From a bacterium (lineage in GTDB: Bacteria; Patescibacteriota; Patescibacteriia; UBA9934; GWF2-40-263): 64,000 nucleotides of DNA. The stretch is taken from NCBI GenBank assembly GCA_020057555.1, contig JAGVFR010000001.1:3062-67061 (forward strand), read 5' to 3'. Positions 9,224-18,927 of the stretch are shown here, one piece after another. The notes below the pieces were generated by a model. The model had not been told where the DNA came from and searched no databases. It was given only the letters and a program-made list of their open reading frames with translations. The number at the start of each line of letters is the position of its first letter. The stretch's first letter is position 1. The position numbers and the translations under genes were made by a program.

Positions 9224-10699
9224 TCAGTGCGCGCGACCCTTGTTTGGATAGGCATGATAGATCTTCATGCCGAGAATGGCTCCGAATATTGTGAATGGCA
9301 ATATGATGATAGGCCAAGCTAGCCATTCGTTTGGATCAGTGATTTTGTGCAATGATGCACCAGGTTGAAAGACCGGAACATAGATACCCATTATGAATGA
9401 TTGCAGTGATGTTCCGAGATACACTGCTCCGTCGATGATTCCAACGGATTTTGCAACGTTCTTTGGACCAGCGAATTCCGCTGAAGCCGTTCCAGACAGA
9501 ATTCCATGCACACCAATGACTGACATGAGAATAATGAAGAGCCCAACACCGGTTACCAAAGACCCGTTGTGCTGTGTATTCTGTCCGATCGAGAAAGCGA
9601 TGATCGCAGAGCCGATGATCATGAGAAAGTAGAGCATCATTGCCATTGGCCCGCGGCGTGACTGGAAGAACTTGTCAGAGATCCATCCGGTTGCGTTTGC
9701 GCCGATCAAACCAGCAATGAGCAATGCAAGGCCCCAATTGCTGGAAAGAAAGAAATCATCCTTGAATCCGATGTGGCTTGCGAATTTCGGATAAGTCTGG
9801 ATACTTCCGTTACGTATTGCCCCAGAGCAGAACTCAATGAGGCAGATGATGAGAACTACGCGGTGCTTCGGATTCAGGAAAACTTCCTTCAGCATCTGAA
9901 ACATCGTGAGCGAATTTGCACTCATGTTTTCGACACCAGTGTCGAATTCTTCAAACCCCGCATCGCTTGGAGTGTTTCGAAGCGTAATCAAGATCGGAAT
10001 CATCCAGAAAAGTCCGAACAGTGCTGGGAATAAGAACAACCACCAACTTTCGTTCATCGCATGTCCGCCAGTACCGAGAATAGATCGAAATGCTGAAGCA
10101 GTGATCGAAAGCTTGTCTAGATCAATTTGTTTTCGAGTTGCATCAACGATCGCATATCCCCAGTCAAAGGCGAAGTAGTTGCCGAGTGCGATGAGAAAGC
10201 CGAAGATCGTTGCAAAGAAGCCTCGTCCACGAGTGTGAAACCATGGAAGATTCACAGCGACAATCGACATGGCTCCGAGCGACTGGAAGAACATGTTGGC
10301 CGAATACAGAACTGTCATGATCGAGACGAACGGTAGTTTCCATGATCCGTTGATGGTCTCCATGACAAGAAATGACATCATCAGGTTGCAAATGATCGTT
10401 CCAGTGAGGCCGAAGAGCATTCCCCAACGTCCGCCCTTGCGATCAACGAGTGGACTCATCGTAAGAAACCCGATCACGTACATCGCGGAGCCCCATGCGA
10501 AAATTCGATAGAAATCCGCTTCTGTCATCAGATTGTCGTCGCCGAGCGCGTGTTGACCTGCATTCAGGCCGTAACGCATGAACACGAGACTCGCGTATCC
10601 GAGGCCCAATGGGAACCAGTTGAGAAAACGTCGAAAGCGATAGCTCGGTGTGTGAACAGGTGTTCCGTTCTTGAATGTAATGAGCGATTGTTTGACCAT
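9224..10699 (-). CDS. MFS-superfamily transporter (about 12 TM); noticeably G+C-richer than its flanks
   Basis: 491 aa and multi-TM. The MFS loop-2/3 signature resembles PLVDRKGGRWGMLFG. GC content is visibly higher than in neighbouring era and GT2, and the gene has its own terminator. Confidence 0.65.
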   Translation of the reverse strand: MVKQSLITFKNGTPVHTPSYRFRRFLNWFPLGLGYASLVFMRYGLNAGQHALGDDNLMTEADFYRIFAWGSAMYVIGFLTMSPLVDRKGGRWGMLFGLTGTIICNLMMSFLVMETINGSWKLPFVSIMTVLYSANMFFQSLGAMSIVAVNLPWFHTRGRGFFATIFGFLIALGNYFAFDWGYAIVDATRKQIDLDKLSITASAFRSILGTGGHAMNESWWLFLFPALFGLFWMIPILITLRNTPSDAGFEEFDTGVENMSANSLTMFQMLKEVFLNPKHRVVLIICLIEFCSGAIRNGSIQTYPKFASHIGFKDDFFLSSNWGLALLIAGLIGANATGWISDKFFQSRRGPMAMMLYFLMIIGSAIIAFSIGQNTQHNGSLVTGVGLFIILMSVIGVHGILSGTASAEFAGPKNVAKSVGIIDGAVYLGTSLQSFIMGIYVPVFQPGASLHKITDPNEWLAWPIIILPFTIFGAILGMKIYHAYPNKGRAH

Positions 10700-10750
10700 T
10701 ATAATACCTCCGGGTGAATGGCACCTTCATGTCACTCGTAATTAGTTTGT

Positions 10751-10779
10751 TTGTCAATAGTTTCAAAAATGAGTAAAAT
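10751..10779 (+). promoter_or_regulatory. Sigma70-like promoter (TTGTCA-17nt-TAAAAT) upstream of the GT2/corA genes
   Basis: The hexamers TTGTCA (10751-10756) and TAAAAT (10774-10779) have exactly 17-nt spacing, about 10 nt before the 10789 start. Confidence 0.45.
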
Positions 10780-10788
10780 AGCTTTACT

Positions 10789-11505
10789 ATGTTGACGATT
10801 GTTATTCCAACAAAAAATGAAGAAGAGTTTTTACCGAAACTTCTTGACTCTATTCGCAAACAAACATTTCAACCATCTGAAATAATTGTTGCTGATGCTG
10901 GCTCAACAGACCGCACACGAGAAATTGCGCGTCAGTATGATGCTCGAGTGATTGAGGGTGGATTGCCAGGGCCAGGTCGAAACCGCGGTGCAGTGCTTGC
11001 AAAAACAGAGTTCGTTCTTTTTTTGGATGCCGATGTTGAACTGCGCGATCCAGAATTTTTGGAAAAAGCTGTTGGTGAAATGAAAGAGCGGAAATTAGAT
11101 CTTGCTACATGCGATGTGTTTCCTCTTTCAGATGATCTGCTCGATCACTTCATGCACAAAGCATATAATACATACGCTCGCGCGTGGGGTTCACTTTTTC
11201 CTCATGCCCCGGGTTTTTGTATGTTTGTTAGAAAAGATAAGCACGACAAAATCGGTGGCTTTGATGAGAGTGTGACATTTTGTGAAGATCATGATTATGC
11301 GCGCCGTTTTTTAGATGTTGGCGAGTTTGGATTTCTGAAGAAAACAAAAATTCCAGTTTCAATTCGTAGACTTGATCGAGATGGAAGAATCAACATCGCA
11401 ATCAAGTATTTACTTGCTGAACTTCACACAGCATTTATTGGTCCGATTCGTCACAATCGGTTTCAATATACGTTTGGTCATTCAAAAAAACGAAAAGATG
11501 TATGA
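10789..11505 (+). CDS. Family-2 glycosyltransferase
   Basis: N-terminal LTIVIPTKNEEEFLPKLLDSIRKQT. An acidic DAD-type motif (FLDADVEL) is present. Confidence 0.8.
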   Translation: MLTIVIPTKNEEEFLPKLLDSIRKQTFQPSEIIVADAGSTDRTREIARQYDARVIEGGLPGPGRNRGAVLAKTEFVLFLDADVELRDPEFLEKAVGEMKERKLDLATCDVFPLSDDLLDHFMHKAYNTYARAWGSLFPHAPGFCMFVRKDKHDKIGGFDESVTFCEDHDYARRFLDVGEFGFLKKTKIPVSIRRLDRDGRINIAIKYLLAELHTAFIGPIRHNRFQYTFGHSKKRKDV

Positions 11506-12419
11506 CACACAAAATTATTAAAGCAAAAGAAATTGTCTGGATTCATATAAATAGCGTGAATGAGGAATCTTTGGATTATCTCAAACAAAATTTTAAGTTT
11601 CATCATCTTGATTACGATGATATAAGCGCCAGAACATCTCTTTCAAAAATTGACACATACAAACATTATATTTTTTTCACTTTTCATATTCCTGTTTTGA
11701 AAAAAGATGAAAAGATTGTAAGTGGAAACGAATTGTACATATTTATAGATGAGAAGTACATTATCACACTTACACACGAGCCGATTACCTCAATCGAAAA
11801 TTTGTATGAGCACATGGAAAAAGTAAACAAGTTTCGTACAAATGTTTTATCAAAGGGTCCGGCATTCATGCTTTATCGAATTTTAATGGATGCTTTTCGT
11901 GAAACACAATCAATCGTATCTTTTTTAACTCGTGAAGTCGCCAGACTTGAGGAAGCAATCAATCATAGTCATGATAAAAAGATCACAGTTGATCTTGGTA
12001 AAGCAAGACGAAATATTCTTTTTCTTCGACACCTGATTGATCCACAACGTACGATTATTTCAAATCTTACGAGTTCAAAACGTCAGTTTATTTTGGAAGA
12101 TCTAAATATATATTTTGATGATTTACGCGATAATCTTGATACGGTTTGGTCATCGTCTGACAATTTGAAACTATTTGTTGATGGATTATTTGATGTGAAC
12201 GAAGCTTTGCTTTCCCACAAAACAAACGATGTAATCACTCTCCTTACAATTATTTCCGCTTCTATAATGGTTCCGACTTTTATTGCCGGTTTTTACGGAA
12301 TGAACGTTCCGTGGCTTCCTTTTGCGCATCGTCCAGAAGTTGTCGCTTTTGTGTTTTTGGTTTCTTTAACTGTTATGCTTGTAACTGTGCTTTTGATTGT
12401 AAAAAAACATCGATCGTAA
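11502..12419 (+). CDS. corA: CorA-family Mg2+/Co2+ transporter
   Basis: C-terminal two TM helices with YGMNVPWLP (the GMN motif) and a basic tail. A 4-nt overlap with the upstream gene. Confidence 0.8.
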   Translation: MTHKIIKAKEIVWIHINSVNEESLDYLKQNFKFHHLDYDDISARTSLSKIDTYKHYIFFTFHIPVLKKDEKIVSGNELYIFIDEKYIITLTHEPITSIENLYEHMEKVNKFRTNVLSKGPAFMLYRILMDAFRETQSIVSFLTREVARLEEAINHSHDKKITVDLGKARRNILFLRHLIDPQRTIISNLTSSKRQFILEDLNIYFDDLRDNLDTVWSSSDNLKLFVDGLFDVNEALLSHKTNDVITLLTIISASIMVPTFIAGFYGMNVPWLPFAHRPEVVAFVFLVSLTVMLVTVLLIVKKHRS

Positions 12420-12422
12420 TTT

Positions 12423-13499
12423 ATGCGTTTCATATTGTTTTCAATTCTAATTTTATTTCCAATAGCTGTTAGCGCTGTTAGTGCTGATCTTTCGATTGGT
12501 GCTGATGACATTCGTTTTTCAAAAGAGATTTTAATTTCTGGTGACAAAGTTCGACTGTATTCGCGAGTTTATAACATTGGGGTTGAAGATGTGTCCGGGT
12601 TCGTAACTTTTTTTCAAAGCACAACAGTGTTGGGAAACTCGCAAGTAATTTCCGTACTTAGTGGTGGTTCGCCAGAAGAGGTATACATTGATTTCACTGT
12701 CCCTTCAGGAGCGTTTAATATAAGGGCGGAAATTCAAGGCACAGATCCCACAGACATAAATTTACAAAACAATACAGCCATCACTGGTATGTTTGAACCA
12801 GTTCATGATCAGGACCTTGATGGTGTTACTGATCAAAAAGACAATTGCGTGAGTTTAGCAAACGCAGATCAAAAAGATGCAGACGCTGATGGTCTTGGTG
12901 ATCTTTGTGATGACGATGATGATAACGACGGTCTGTCAGATGAAGTTGAAGCAGAACTTGGTTTAAAGTCAAAACAAAAAGACACAGATACAGATGGCGT
13001 TGTTGATAAAAAAGATGCTTTTCCAAATGACGCAGATCAGTCAAATTTATCAGAGACTTTTTCTAAAATTGTGAATCAAGTTGTAGAGGATTTGAAGAAG
13101 GCTGAAGAGACAACGGTAGTAGAAGAAGAGGAATTGCAATTTTCTGTTGAACCTCTAACTTTTTCACCTCACACAGTTTTTGGATATTCGCATGACAGTT
13201 GGAATACCTTCACTTTTTCGTTGGTTGGTCCGATTGACGAAAGTTCGCAATACGAATGGACTTTTGGTGATGGAACGAAATCAAATAAAATTAATGTTAC
13301 GCATACTTATAAAAAAAGCGGGGCATATAGTGTAACACTAACAAAAACAGGTGAGAGCGGTCTTTCAGAAAAAGAATTAACAACGGTGCTTGTTCCATTT
13401 TTTACGTTGCAAAATATTTTTGTTGATGTATTGATCGGGCTTCTTGTATTATTGCTCGCAACCGGAGTATTTACGTTTTGGAAGTTAAACAAGAAATAA
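12423..13499 (+). CDS. Surface/secreted protein: signal peptide, CARDB-like domain, thrombospondin type-3 (Ca-binding Asp-rich) repeats, PKD domain, C-terminal TM anchor
   Basis: The signal peptide is ILILFPIAVSAVSA. The TSP3 region is DQDLDGVTDQKDNC...DADADGLGDLCDDDDDNDGLSD. The PKD region is WTFGDGT...THTYKKSGAYSVTLT. A C-terminal hydrophobic helix is followed by KLNKK. Confidence 0.7.
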   Translation: MRFILFSILILFPIAVSAVSADLSIGADDIRFSKEILISGDKVRLYSRVYNIGVEDVSGFVTFFQSTTVLGNSQVISVLSGGSPEEVYIDFTVPSGAFNIRAEIQGTDPTDINLQNNTAITGMFEPVHDQDLDGVTDQKDNCVSLANADQKDADADGLGDLCDDDDDNDGLSDEVEAELGLKSKQKDTDTDGVVDKKDAFPNDADQSNLSETFSKIVNQVVEDLKKAEETTVVEEEELQFSVEPLTFSPHTVFGYSHDSWNTFTFSLVGPIDESSQYEWTFGDGTKSNKINVTHTYKKSGAYSVTLTKTGESGLSEKELTTVLVPFFTLQNIFVDVLIGLLVLLLATGVFTFWKLNKK

Positions 13500-15104
13500 A
13501 TGTTTCGTTTTCTTCACGCTGAATCAAAAACAATAATTGGAGCCGCCGCGATTGTCGGTGCTCTTTCGTTTGTTAGTAGATTTGTAGGTTTTATTCGAGA
13601 TCGTTTACTTGCCGGTGCCTTTGGGGCAGGTGATACTCTCGATGTTTATTACGCGGCGTTCAAAGTTCCTGATTTGATGTTTAATCTGATTGTTGTTGGC
13701 GCAATTTCTTCAAGTTTTATTCCTCTATTTTCTGAATTGTATTTTGGTGATCGAAAGGAATATGCTTGGAAATTCACAAACACAGTGTTGCATATCTTGG
13801 GTCTCATAATGATTGTCATTTCTGTTATTTTGTTTATTTTTTCGGCTCCAATTAGTTCGTTGATAGCTCCTGGTTTTGATGAAGTAAAGCGCGAAGCCGT
13901 AAGTCAGTTCATGCGTGTGATGCTTCTTGCACAGATACTTCTTTCTTTCTCGATGGTTTTTGGGAGTGTTCTTCAAAGTTTCAAACAGTTTTTTCTTTAT
14001 TCACTTGCTCCGATTTTTTACAATGTAGGAATAATTTTTGGTGCTTTGTTTTTAACTAAATTTTTTGGACCAATAGGTTTGGCATGGGGTGTGGTGCTCG
14101 GTGCTTTTTTGCATGTTCTAAGTCAATGGCTTGAATGTAGGCGGTCTGGATATCGACATAAATTTGTTTTTTCAAAAAATACAAAAGAGATGAAAGAGAT
14201 GATTCGAATGACAAGTCCAAGAATGATTGGGATCGTAGTAAATCAATTACTGTTTTTTGTTTTGATGATTATAGCCACGACTCTTCCGACTGGAAGTGTT
14301 ACGGTCTTTCAATTCGCGTATAACATTCAATTCTTTCCAATTGGAATAATCGGTGTCTCATTTGCGATTGCGGCATTTCCGCTTTTTTCTGAACATATAC
14401 AACGTGAAGACATAAAATCTTTCCGTGAATCTTTTTCATCTACAATTCGTCAAACTTTATTTTTACTTATCCCGTTCATGATTCTATTTTTAATTTTGCG
14501 TTCACAAATTGTACGCGTTGTTGTTGGCGCTGGAGCTTTTGATTGGACAGCAACGATTCTAACAGCAGACACTCTTGCGTTTTTTGCTCTAACTTTTATT
14601 CCACAAGCTTTTGTTTTTATTCTTGCACGAGCTTTTTTTGCGCTTCATGACAGTGTCACGCCACTAACCGCAGGACTTGTTGGAACATTGGTTGGAATCA
14701 TTAGTGCGTATTTATTCAGTCCATCATTTGGAGTTGTTGGTCTTGGAATGGCATACTCTTTGTCAGCGATTGTGAATGCAGTGCTTTTGTGGGTGCCGCT
14801 TCGACAAAAGATTCAATCACTTGATGAATCAGTTATATTACAATCTCTCATTAAGTTTTCAGTTTCTGGTTTAGCGTGCGCTGTTGTAATGCAAGGTTTA
14901 AAGCATGTTTTAGTTTTGTTCTTGCCTCTTCACACGTTTTTTAACGTTTTTTTCCAGGGACTTATTGCTGGCGGAGTCGGGTTGCTTGTATATTTTTTCA
15001 TTGCATGGTTGTTAAAGGCAGAGGAGATGAGGGCTTTTGTTGGATCAATGCAAAGAAGGATTCTGCGCAAGGCGCAAGTGGACGCAACTCAAACCCTTGG
15101 GTAG
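13500..15104 (+). CDS. murJ: Lipid II flippase MurJ (MviN)
   Basis: N-terminal IGAAAIVGALSFVSRFVGFIRDRLLAGAFGAGDTLDVYYAAFKVPDLMFNL is a MurJ hallmark. About 14 TM, 534 aa. Confidence 0.85.
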   Translation: MFRFLHAESKTIIGAAAIVGALSFVSRFVGFIRDRLLAGAFGAGDTLDVYYAAFKVPDLMFNLIVVGAISSSFIPLFSELYFGDRKEYAWKFTNTVLHILGLIMIVISVILFIFSAPISSLIAPGFDEVKREAVSQFMRVMLLAQILLSFSMVFGSVLQSFKQFFLYSLAPIFYNVGIIFGALFLTKFFGPIGLAWGVVLGAFLHVLSQWLECRRSGYRHKFVFSKNTKEMKEMIRMTSPRMIGIVVNQLLFFVLMIIATTLPTGSVTVFQFAYNIQFFPIGIIGVSFAIAAFPLFSEHIQREDIKSFRESFSSTIRQTLFLLIPFMILFLILRSQIVRVVVGAGAFDWTATILTADTLAFFALTFIPQAFVFILARAFFALHDSVTPLTAGLVGTLVGIISAYLFSPSFGVVGLGMAYSLSAIVNAVLLWVPLRQKIQSLDESVILQSLIKFSVSGLACAVVMQGLKHVLVLFLPLHTFFNVFFQGLIAGGVGLLVYFFIAWLLKAEEMRAFVGSMQRRILRKAQVDATQTLG

Positions 15105-15164
15105 AATGACCCAAAGGTCCGAGAGGTCCAAAAGGACCAAGATGTAATATTAAAATCCAATCTT

Positions 15165-17033
15165 GTGAATCTAAAAGACGTTAGAAAAAAGTATCTTGAA
15201 TATTTCGAAAAACAAGGGCATAAAATTGTGCCTTCTGCTTCGCTATTGCCTGAAAATGATCCGACAACTCTGTTCACTGGTTCTGGAATGCAACCAATGG
15301 TTCCGTATCTTTTAGGCCAACCACATCCGCTTGGAAAACGAATTGCAGACAGTCAAAAATGTTTTCGATCTCAAGATATTGACGAGGTTGGAGATAATCG
15401 TCACACAACTTTTTTTGAAATGCTCGGGAATTGGTCACTTGGCGACTATTTCAAAAAAGAACATATTAAATGGATGTTTGAATTCTTAACAAAAGAAATT
15501 GGTTTGGATCCAAAGCGTTTGTACGTGACGGTCTTTCGAGGAAATGAAGTTTTTGGAATTCCTCGCGATACAGAATCTGTTGAGCTTTGGAAAAAAGTTT
15601 TTGCAGAATCTGGAATCGATTCTCTTGATGTTGATTTTTCTGAACGTGATGGAATGCAAAATGGAAGGATTTTTTATTGTAGTGAAGAAAAAAACTGGTG
15701 GTCGCGTTCAGGTGTTTCAGAAAAAATGCCAATTGGTGAGCCTGGTGGACCAGATAGCGAAATGTTTTGGGATTTTGGAGTCGAACTAAAATTGCATGAA
15801 AATTCGCAATACAAGAACGAACAATGTCATGTCAATTGTGACTGTGGCCGTTTTTTGGAAATCGGAAACAATGTTTTCATGGAATATCTCAAAACTGAAA
15901 AAGGTTTTGAAACGTTGCCGAACAAAAACATAGATTTCGGTGGAGGTCTTGAACGTATAACTGCAGCTCAAAACAATACACCGGATATTTTTTTGATTGA
16001 TGCGTTTGCATCAACTCGGAAAAAATTAGAAGAATTGTCAAACCGTTCATATGACTCTATATCTTCAGATGCAAAAGCATTTCGAGTTATTATGGATCAC
16101 ATTCGTGCCGCTGTGTTTTTGATCGCCGACGGAATCACACCATCTAACAAAGACCAAGGATATTTTGCTCGTCGCTTAATTCGACGCGCTGTTCGATTTG
16201 GGCAAAAGATTGGTATTCAGGAAACGTTTTGTTCTCAAGTCGGCAACGAAGTGATTGAAACTTATACGGAACATTATTTAAATCTTGAGAAACAGAGTAA
16301 AACCATTTTGGAAAAACTTGATGATGAGGAAAAGAAGTTTCTCAAAACACTTTCAAAAGGTGAACGTGAATTTGATAAAATATTTTCTGAACATGGAAAA
16401 ATTTCCGGTCAAGACGCGTTTTTACTTTATGCAACATATGGATTTCCAGTTGAACTCACAGAAGAAATGGCACAAGAAAAAGGTCAGGAAATAGATAAAC
16501 AAATTTTTTCACAAGAGTTTAGTAAACATCAGGAGCTTTCTCGAGCTGGCTCAACAGAAAAATTTTCTGGAGGACTTGCAGACCATTCAATTGAAACAGT
16601 TAAACTTCACACAGCAACGCACATGTTAAATCAAGCGCTTAGAATGGTTCTTGGTGATCATGTTTTTCAACGAGGATCTAATATCACTCATCAAAGATTG
16701 CGTTTTGATTTTTCACATTCTGATCGCTTAACAGACGAACAAATCAAAAAAGTTGAATCAATCGTAAATGAAAATATTCAAAAAAATCTCCCAGTCCATT
16801 TTGAAATTTTGGATCTTGAAGAAGCAAAACAAAAAGGGTCGATTGGAGTCTTTGATGATAAGTATGCTCAACTTGGAGGCAAAATAAAAGTCTTCTTTAT
16901 AGGTGAATCTTTCAGTAAAGAAGTCTGTGGAGGCCCTCATGTTGAGAATACAGGCGAGCTCGGGCACTTCAGTATCCTAAAAGAGGAGTCTGTTGGTGCT
17001 GGTGTCAGACGTATCAAAGCTAGCTTAACTTAG
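15165..17033 (+). CDS. alaS: Alanine--tRNA ligase, short form (catalytic + tRNA-binding + editing domains; no C-Ala domain); GTG start
   Basis: N-terminal LKDVRKKYLEYFEKQGH...PTTLFTGSGMQP. The editing-domain motifs are HTATHMLNQAL and CGGPHVENTGELG. The ORF ends right after the editing domain. Confidence 0.85.
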   Translation: MNLKDVRKKYLEYFEKQGHKIVPSASLLPENDPTTLFTGSGMQPMVPYLLGQPHPLGKRIADSQKCFRSQDIDEVGDNRHTTFFEMLGNWSLGDYFKKEHIKWMFEFLTKEIGLDPKRLYVTVFRGNEVFGIPRDTESVELWKKVFAESGIDSLDVDFSERDGMQNGRIFYCSEEKNWWSRSGVSEKMPIGEPGGPDSEMFWDFGVELKLHENSQYKNEQCHVNCDCGRFLEIGNNVFMEYLKTEKGFETLPNKNIDFGGGLERITAAQNNTPDIFLIDAFASTRKKLEELSNRSYDSISSDAKAFRVIMDHIRAAVFLIADGITPSNKDQGYFARRLIRRAVRFGQKIGIQETFCSQVGNEVIETYTEHYLNLEKQSKTILEKLDDEEKKFLKTLSKGEREFDKIFSEHGKISGQDAFLLYATYGFPVELTEEMAQEKGQEIDKQIFSQEFSKHQELSRAGSTEKFSGGLADHSIETVKLHTATHMLNQALRMVLGDHVFQRGSNITHQRLRFDFSHSDRLTDEQIKKVESIVNENIQKNLPVHFEILDLEEAKQKGSIGVFDDKYAQLGGKIKVFFIGESFSKEVCGGPHVENTGELGHFSILKEESVGAGVRRIKASLT

Positions 17034-17071
17034 CCAAAAAATAACATTTTTGATTATCCACGCGAGGTTTC

Positions 17072-17100
17072 TTGACAGCATTCAAAGGAATGCGTAAAAT
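17072..17100 (+). promoter_or_regulatory. Near-consensus sigma70 promoter (TTGACA-17nt-TAAAAT) for the infA-rpmJ-rpsM-rpsK-rpsD-rpoA-rplQ-rplM-rpsI operon
   Basis: TTGACA at 17072-17077 and TAAAAT at 17095-17100, with a 17-nt spacer, about 28 nt upstream of the infA ATG. Confidence 0.6.
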
Positions 17101-17127
17101 ACCGCCGCCTCACAAATTCACTAAATT

Positions 17128-17349
17128 ATGGGCAAGGCAACAAAGGATTTCATTGAAATGCGAGGCACGGTTGAAGAACTTCTTCCGTCCGCAAGTTTTA
17201 AAATCAAGCTAGAAAACGGTCAAACTATTCTTGGCCATCTATCTGGAAAAATGCGAAGGTTTCGCATCAGATTACTTCCGGGTGATGAAGTAAAGGTAGA
17301 AATCAGTCCATACGACCTTACAAAAGGGAGAGTTGTTTATCGTTTTTGA
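17128..17349 (+). CDS. infA: Translation initiation factor IF-1
   Basis: 73 aa S1-like OB fold: ...[43 protein letters not shown]... Confidence 0.9.
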   Translation: MGKATKDFIEMRGTVEELLPSASFKIKLENGQTILGHLSGKMRRFRIRLLPGDEVKVEISPYDLTKGRVVYRF

Positions 17350-17352
17350 TTT

Positions 17353-17466
17353 ATGAAAGTTAGAGCATCTGCTAAAAAAATTTGTCGTGATTGTCAAGTA
17401 ACACGTCGTAAAGGACGTGTTGTTGTCATTTGTAAAAATCCTAAACACAAACAACGTCAAGGTTAA
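17353..17466 (+). CDS. rpmJ: 50S ribosomal protein L36
   Basis: 37-aa [40 protein letters not shown] with the L36 CxxC...C...H zinc ribbon. It is not in the ORF track because it is under 60 aa. Confidence 0.85.
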   Translation: MKVRASAKKICRDCQVTRRKGRVVVICKNPKHKQRQG

Positions 17467-17475
17467 TATTGAATT

Positions 17476-17865
17476 ATGGCAAGAATCGCTGGTGTAAATA
17501 TTCCATCTGAAAAAAGAATCGTCATTGCTCTGGCGTATATTTATGGCGTTGGAAAACCGATGTCAGAAAAGATTTTGAAACAAGCCGGAGTTGATGAAAA
17601 TATTCGAACAAAAGATCTCACTGATGATCAAGTCAAAGCAATCCGTTCTATTCTTGAAGTTCCTGAAACGCGACTTGAAGGTGATTTACGACGCGACGTT
17701 CTTGGAAACATTAAACGTCTGAAAGAAATCGGATCTTACCGTGGAAGCAGACACGCGAAACATTTGCCAGTTCGAGGTCAACGCACAAAATCAAACTCAC
17801 GAACAGTGCGTGGAAACGCTCGACGAACAACTGGAAGCGGTCGTCGTCTTCTAACAAAGACATAA
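17476..17865 (+). CDS. rpsM: 30S ribosomal protein S13
   Basis: [23 protein letters not shown] is canonical for S13. Confidence 0.95.
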   Translation: MARIAGVNIPSEKRIVIALAYIYGVGKPMSEKILKQAGVDENIRTKDLTDDQVKAIRSILEVPETRLEGDLRRDVLGNIKRLKEIGSYRGSRHAKHLPVRGQRTKSNSRTVRGNARRTTGSGRRLLTKT

Positions 17866-17868
17866 GAT

Positions 17869-18300
17869 ATGGCAACTGAAAAATCAGTCACAAAGGAAAT
17901 AAAAGCACCTGCACCGAAAACCTCGAAATCCAAAAAGAAGAAAGTGGTTCGACAGGTTTCTCAAGGTTGCGCATATATTCAAGCGACGTTTAACAACACG
18001 ATCGTTACTTTTACGGATTTGAATGGAAATACACTTGCTTGGTCAAGCGCTGGTCATTGCGGATTCAAGGGTCCAAAAAAATCAACACCTTATGCCGCAG
18101 GAATTGTGATTAAGGATGCTATTGAACGTTCAAAAGAAACAGGGCTAAAGGAATTGAACGTATTTGTTACTGGAGTTGGTTCTGGTCGTGATTCAGCAGT
18201 TCGCGCGTTAAATGCAAACGGAATCATAGTTTTGTCGATTAAGGACACCACTCCACTTCCACACAACGGTTGTCGTTCTCCTAAACCTCGTCGAATATAA
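17869..18300 (+). CDS. rpsK: 30S ribosomal protein S11
   Basis: AYIQATFNNTIVTFTDLNGN...WSSAG...FKG.KKSTPYAA. Confidence 0.95.
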   Translation: MATEKSVTKEIKAPAPKTSKSKKKKVVRQVSQGCAYIQATFNNTIVTFTDLNGNTLAWSSAGHCGFKGPKKSTPYAAGIVIKDAIERSKETGLKELNVFVTGVGSGRDSAVRALNANGIIVLSIKDTTPLPHNGCRSPKPRRI

Positions 18301-18303
18301 AGT

Positions 18304-18918
18304 ATGGCAAAGGATTTTACACCAATTGTAAAACGCTCACGTCGTCTTGGAGTAGTGCTTGGAAAAGAAAAAGCTGCTCGTCGACGAAACTATCCTCCGG
18401 GAATTCACGGACCAAAACAGGCACGCTCACGTGCTCGTCTTTCTTCGTATGGAGAACAGTTGCAAGAAAAACAAAAAGCAAAAGCGCTTTATGGAATTTT
18501 GGAACGTCAAATGAGAAAAACTTTTGAAAAAGCCAGCCGTAAGAAAGGGAACACAGCAGAAACCTTTGTTCAATATTTGGAATTACGTTTGGACAATGCG
18601 ATTTATCGTTTGGGTTTTGCCAAAACTCGACGCCAAGCGCGCCAAATGGTAAGTCATGGTTTCATTTTGGTTAGCGGAAAGCATGTAGACATTCCTTCAT
18701 TTGCTGTTTCTGTTGGAGATCAAATCACAATTAAGGAAAACAAAAAAGAAAAAGGCATTGTTAAACAGATTCCTGAAGCAATGATTTCAAGCAAACTCCC
18801 ATCATGGCTTACTCGCGATGAAAAACTATTTTCAGGGAAGGTCACTGCAATTCCTCAAGGTGAGGATCTAGATCAAATTTTTGACCCGACCTTAATCGTC
18901 GAATTTTATTCTCGTTAA
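18304..18918 (+). CDS. rpsD: 30S ribosomal protein S4
   Basis: N-terminal basic region and an S4 RNA-binding domain (LDNAIYRLGFAKTRRQARQMVSHGFILVSGK). Confidence 0.95.
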   Translation: MAKDFTPIVKRSRRLGVVLGKEKAARRRNYPPGIHGPKQARSRARLSSYGEQLQEKQKAKALYGILERQMRKTFEKASRKKGNTAETFVQYLELRLDNAIYRLGFAKTRRQARQMVSHGFILVSGKHVDIPSFAVSVGDQITIKENKKEKGIVKQIPEAMISSKLPSWLTRDEKLFSGKVTAIPQGEDLDQIFDPTLIVEFYSR

Positions 18919-18927
18919 TATATTTGT

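Noticed and set aside
15105-15164. GGTCC-aaaa-GGACC hairpin after murJ as a terminator
   Set aside because: A 5-bp stem without a following T-tract. Too weak to call.
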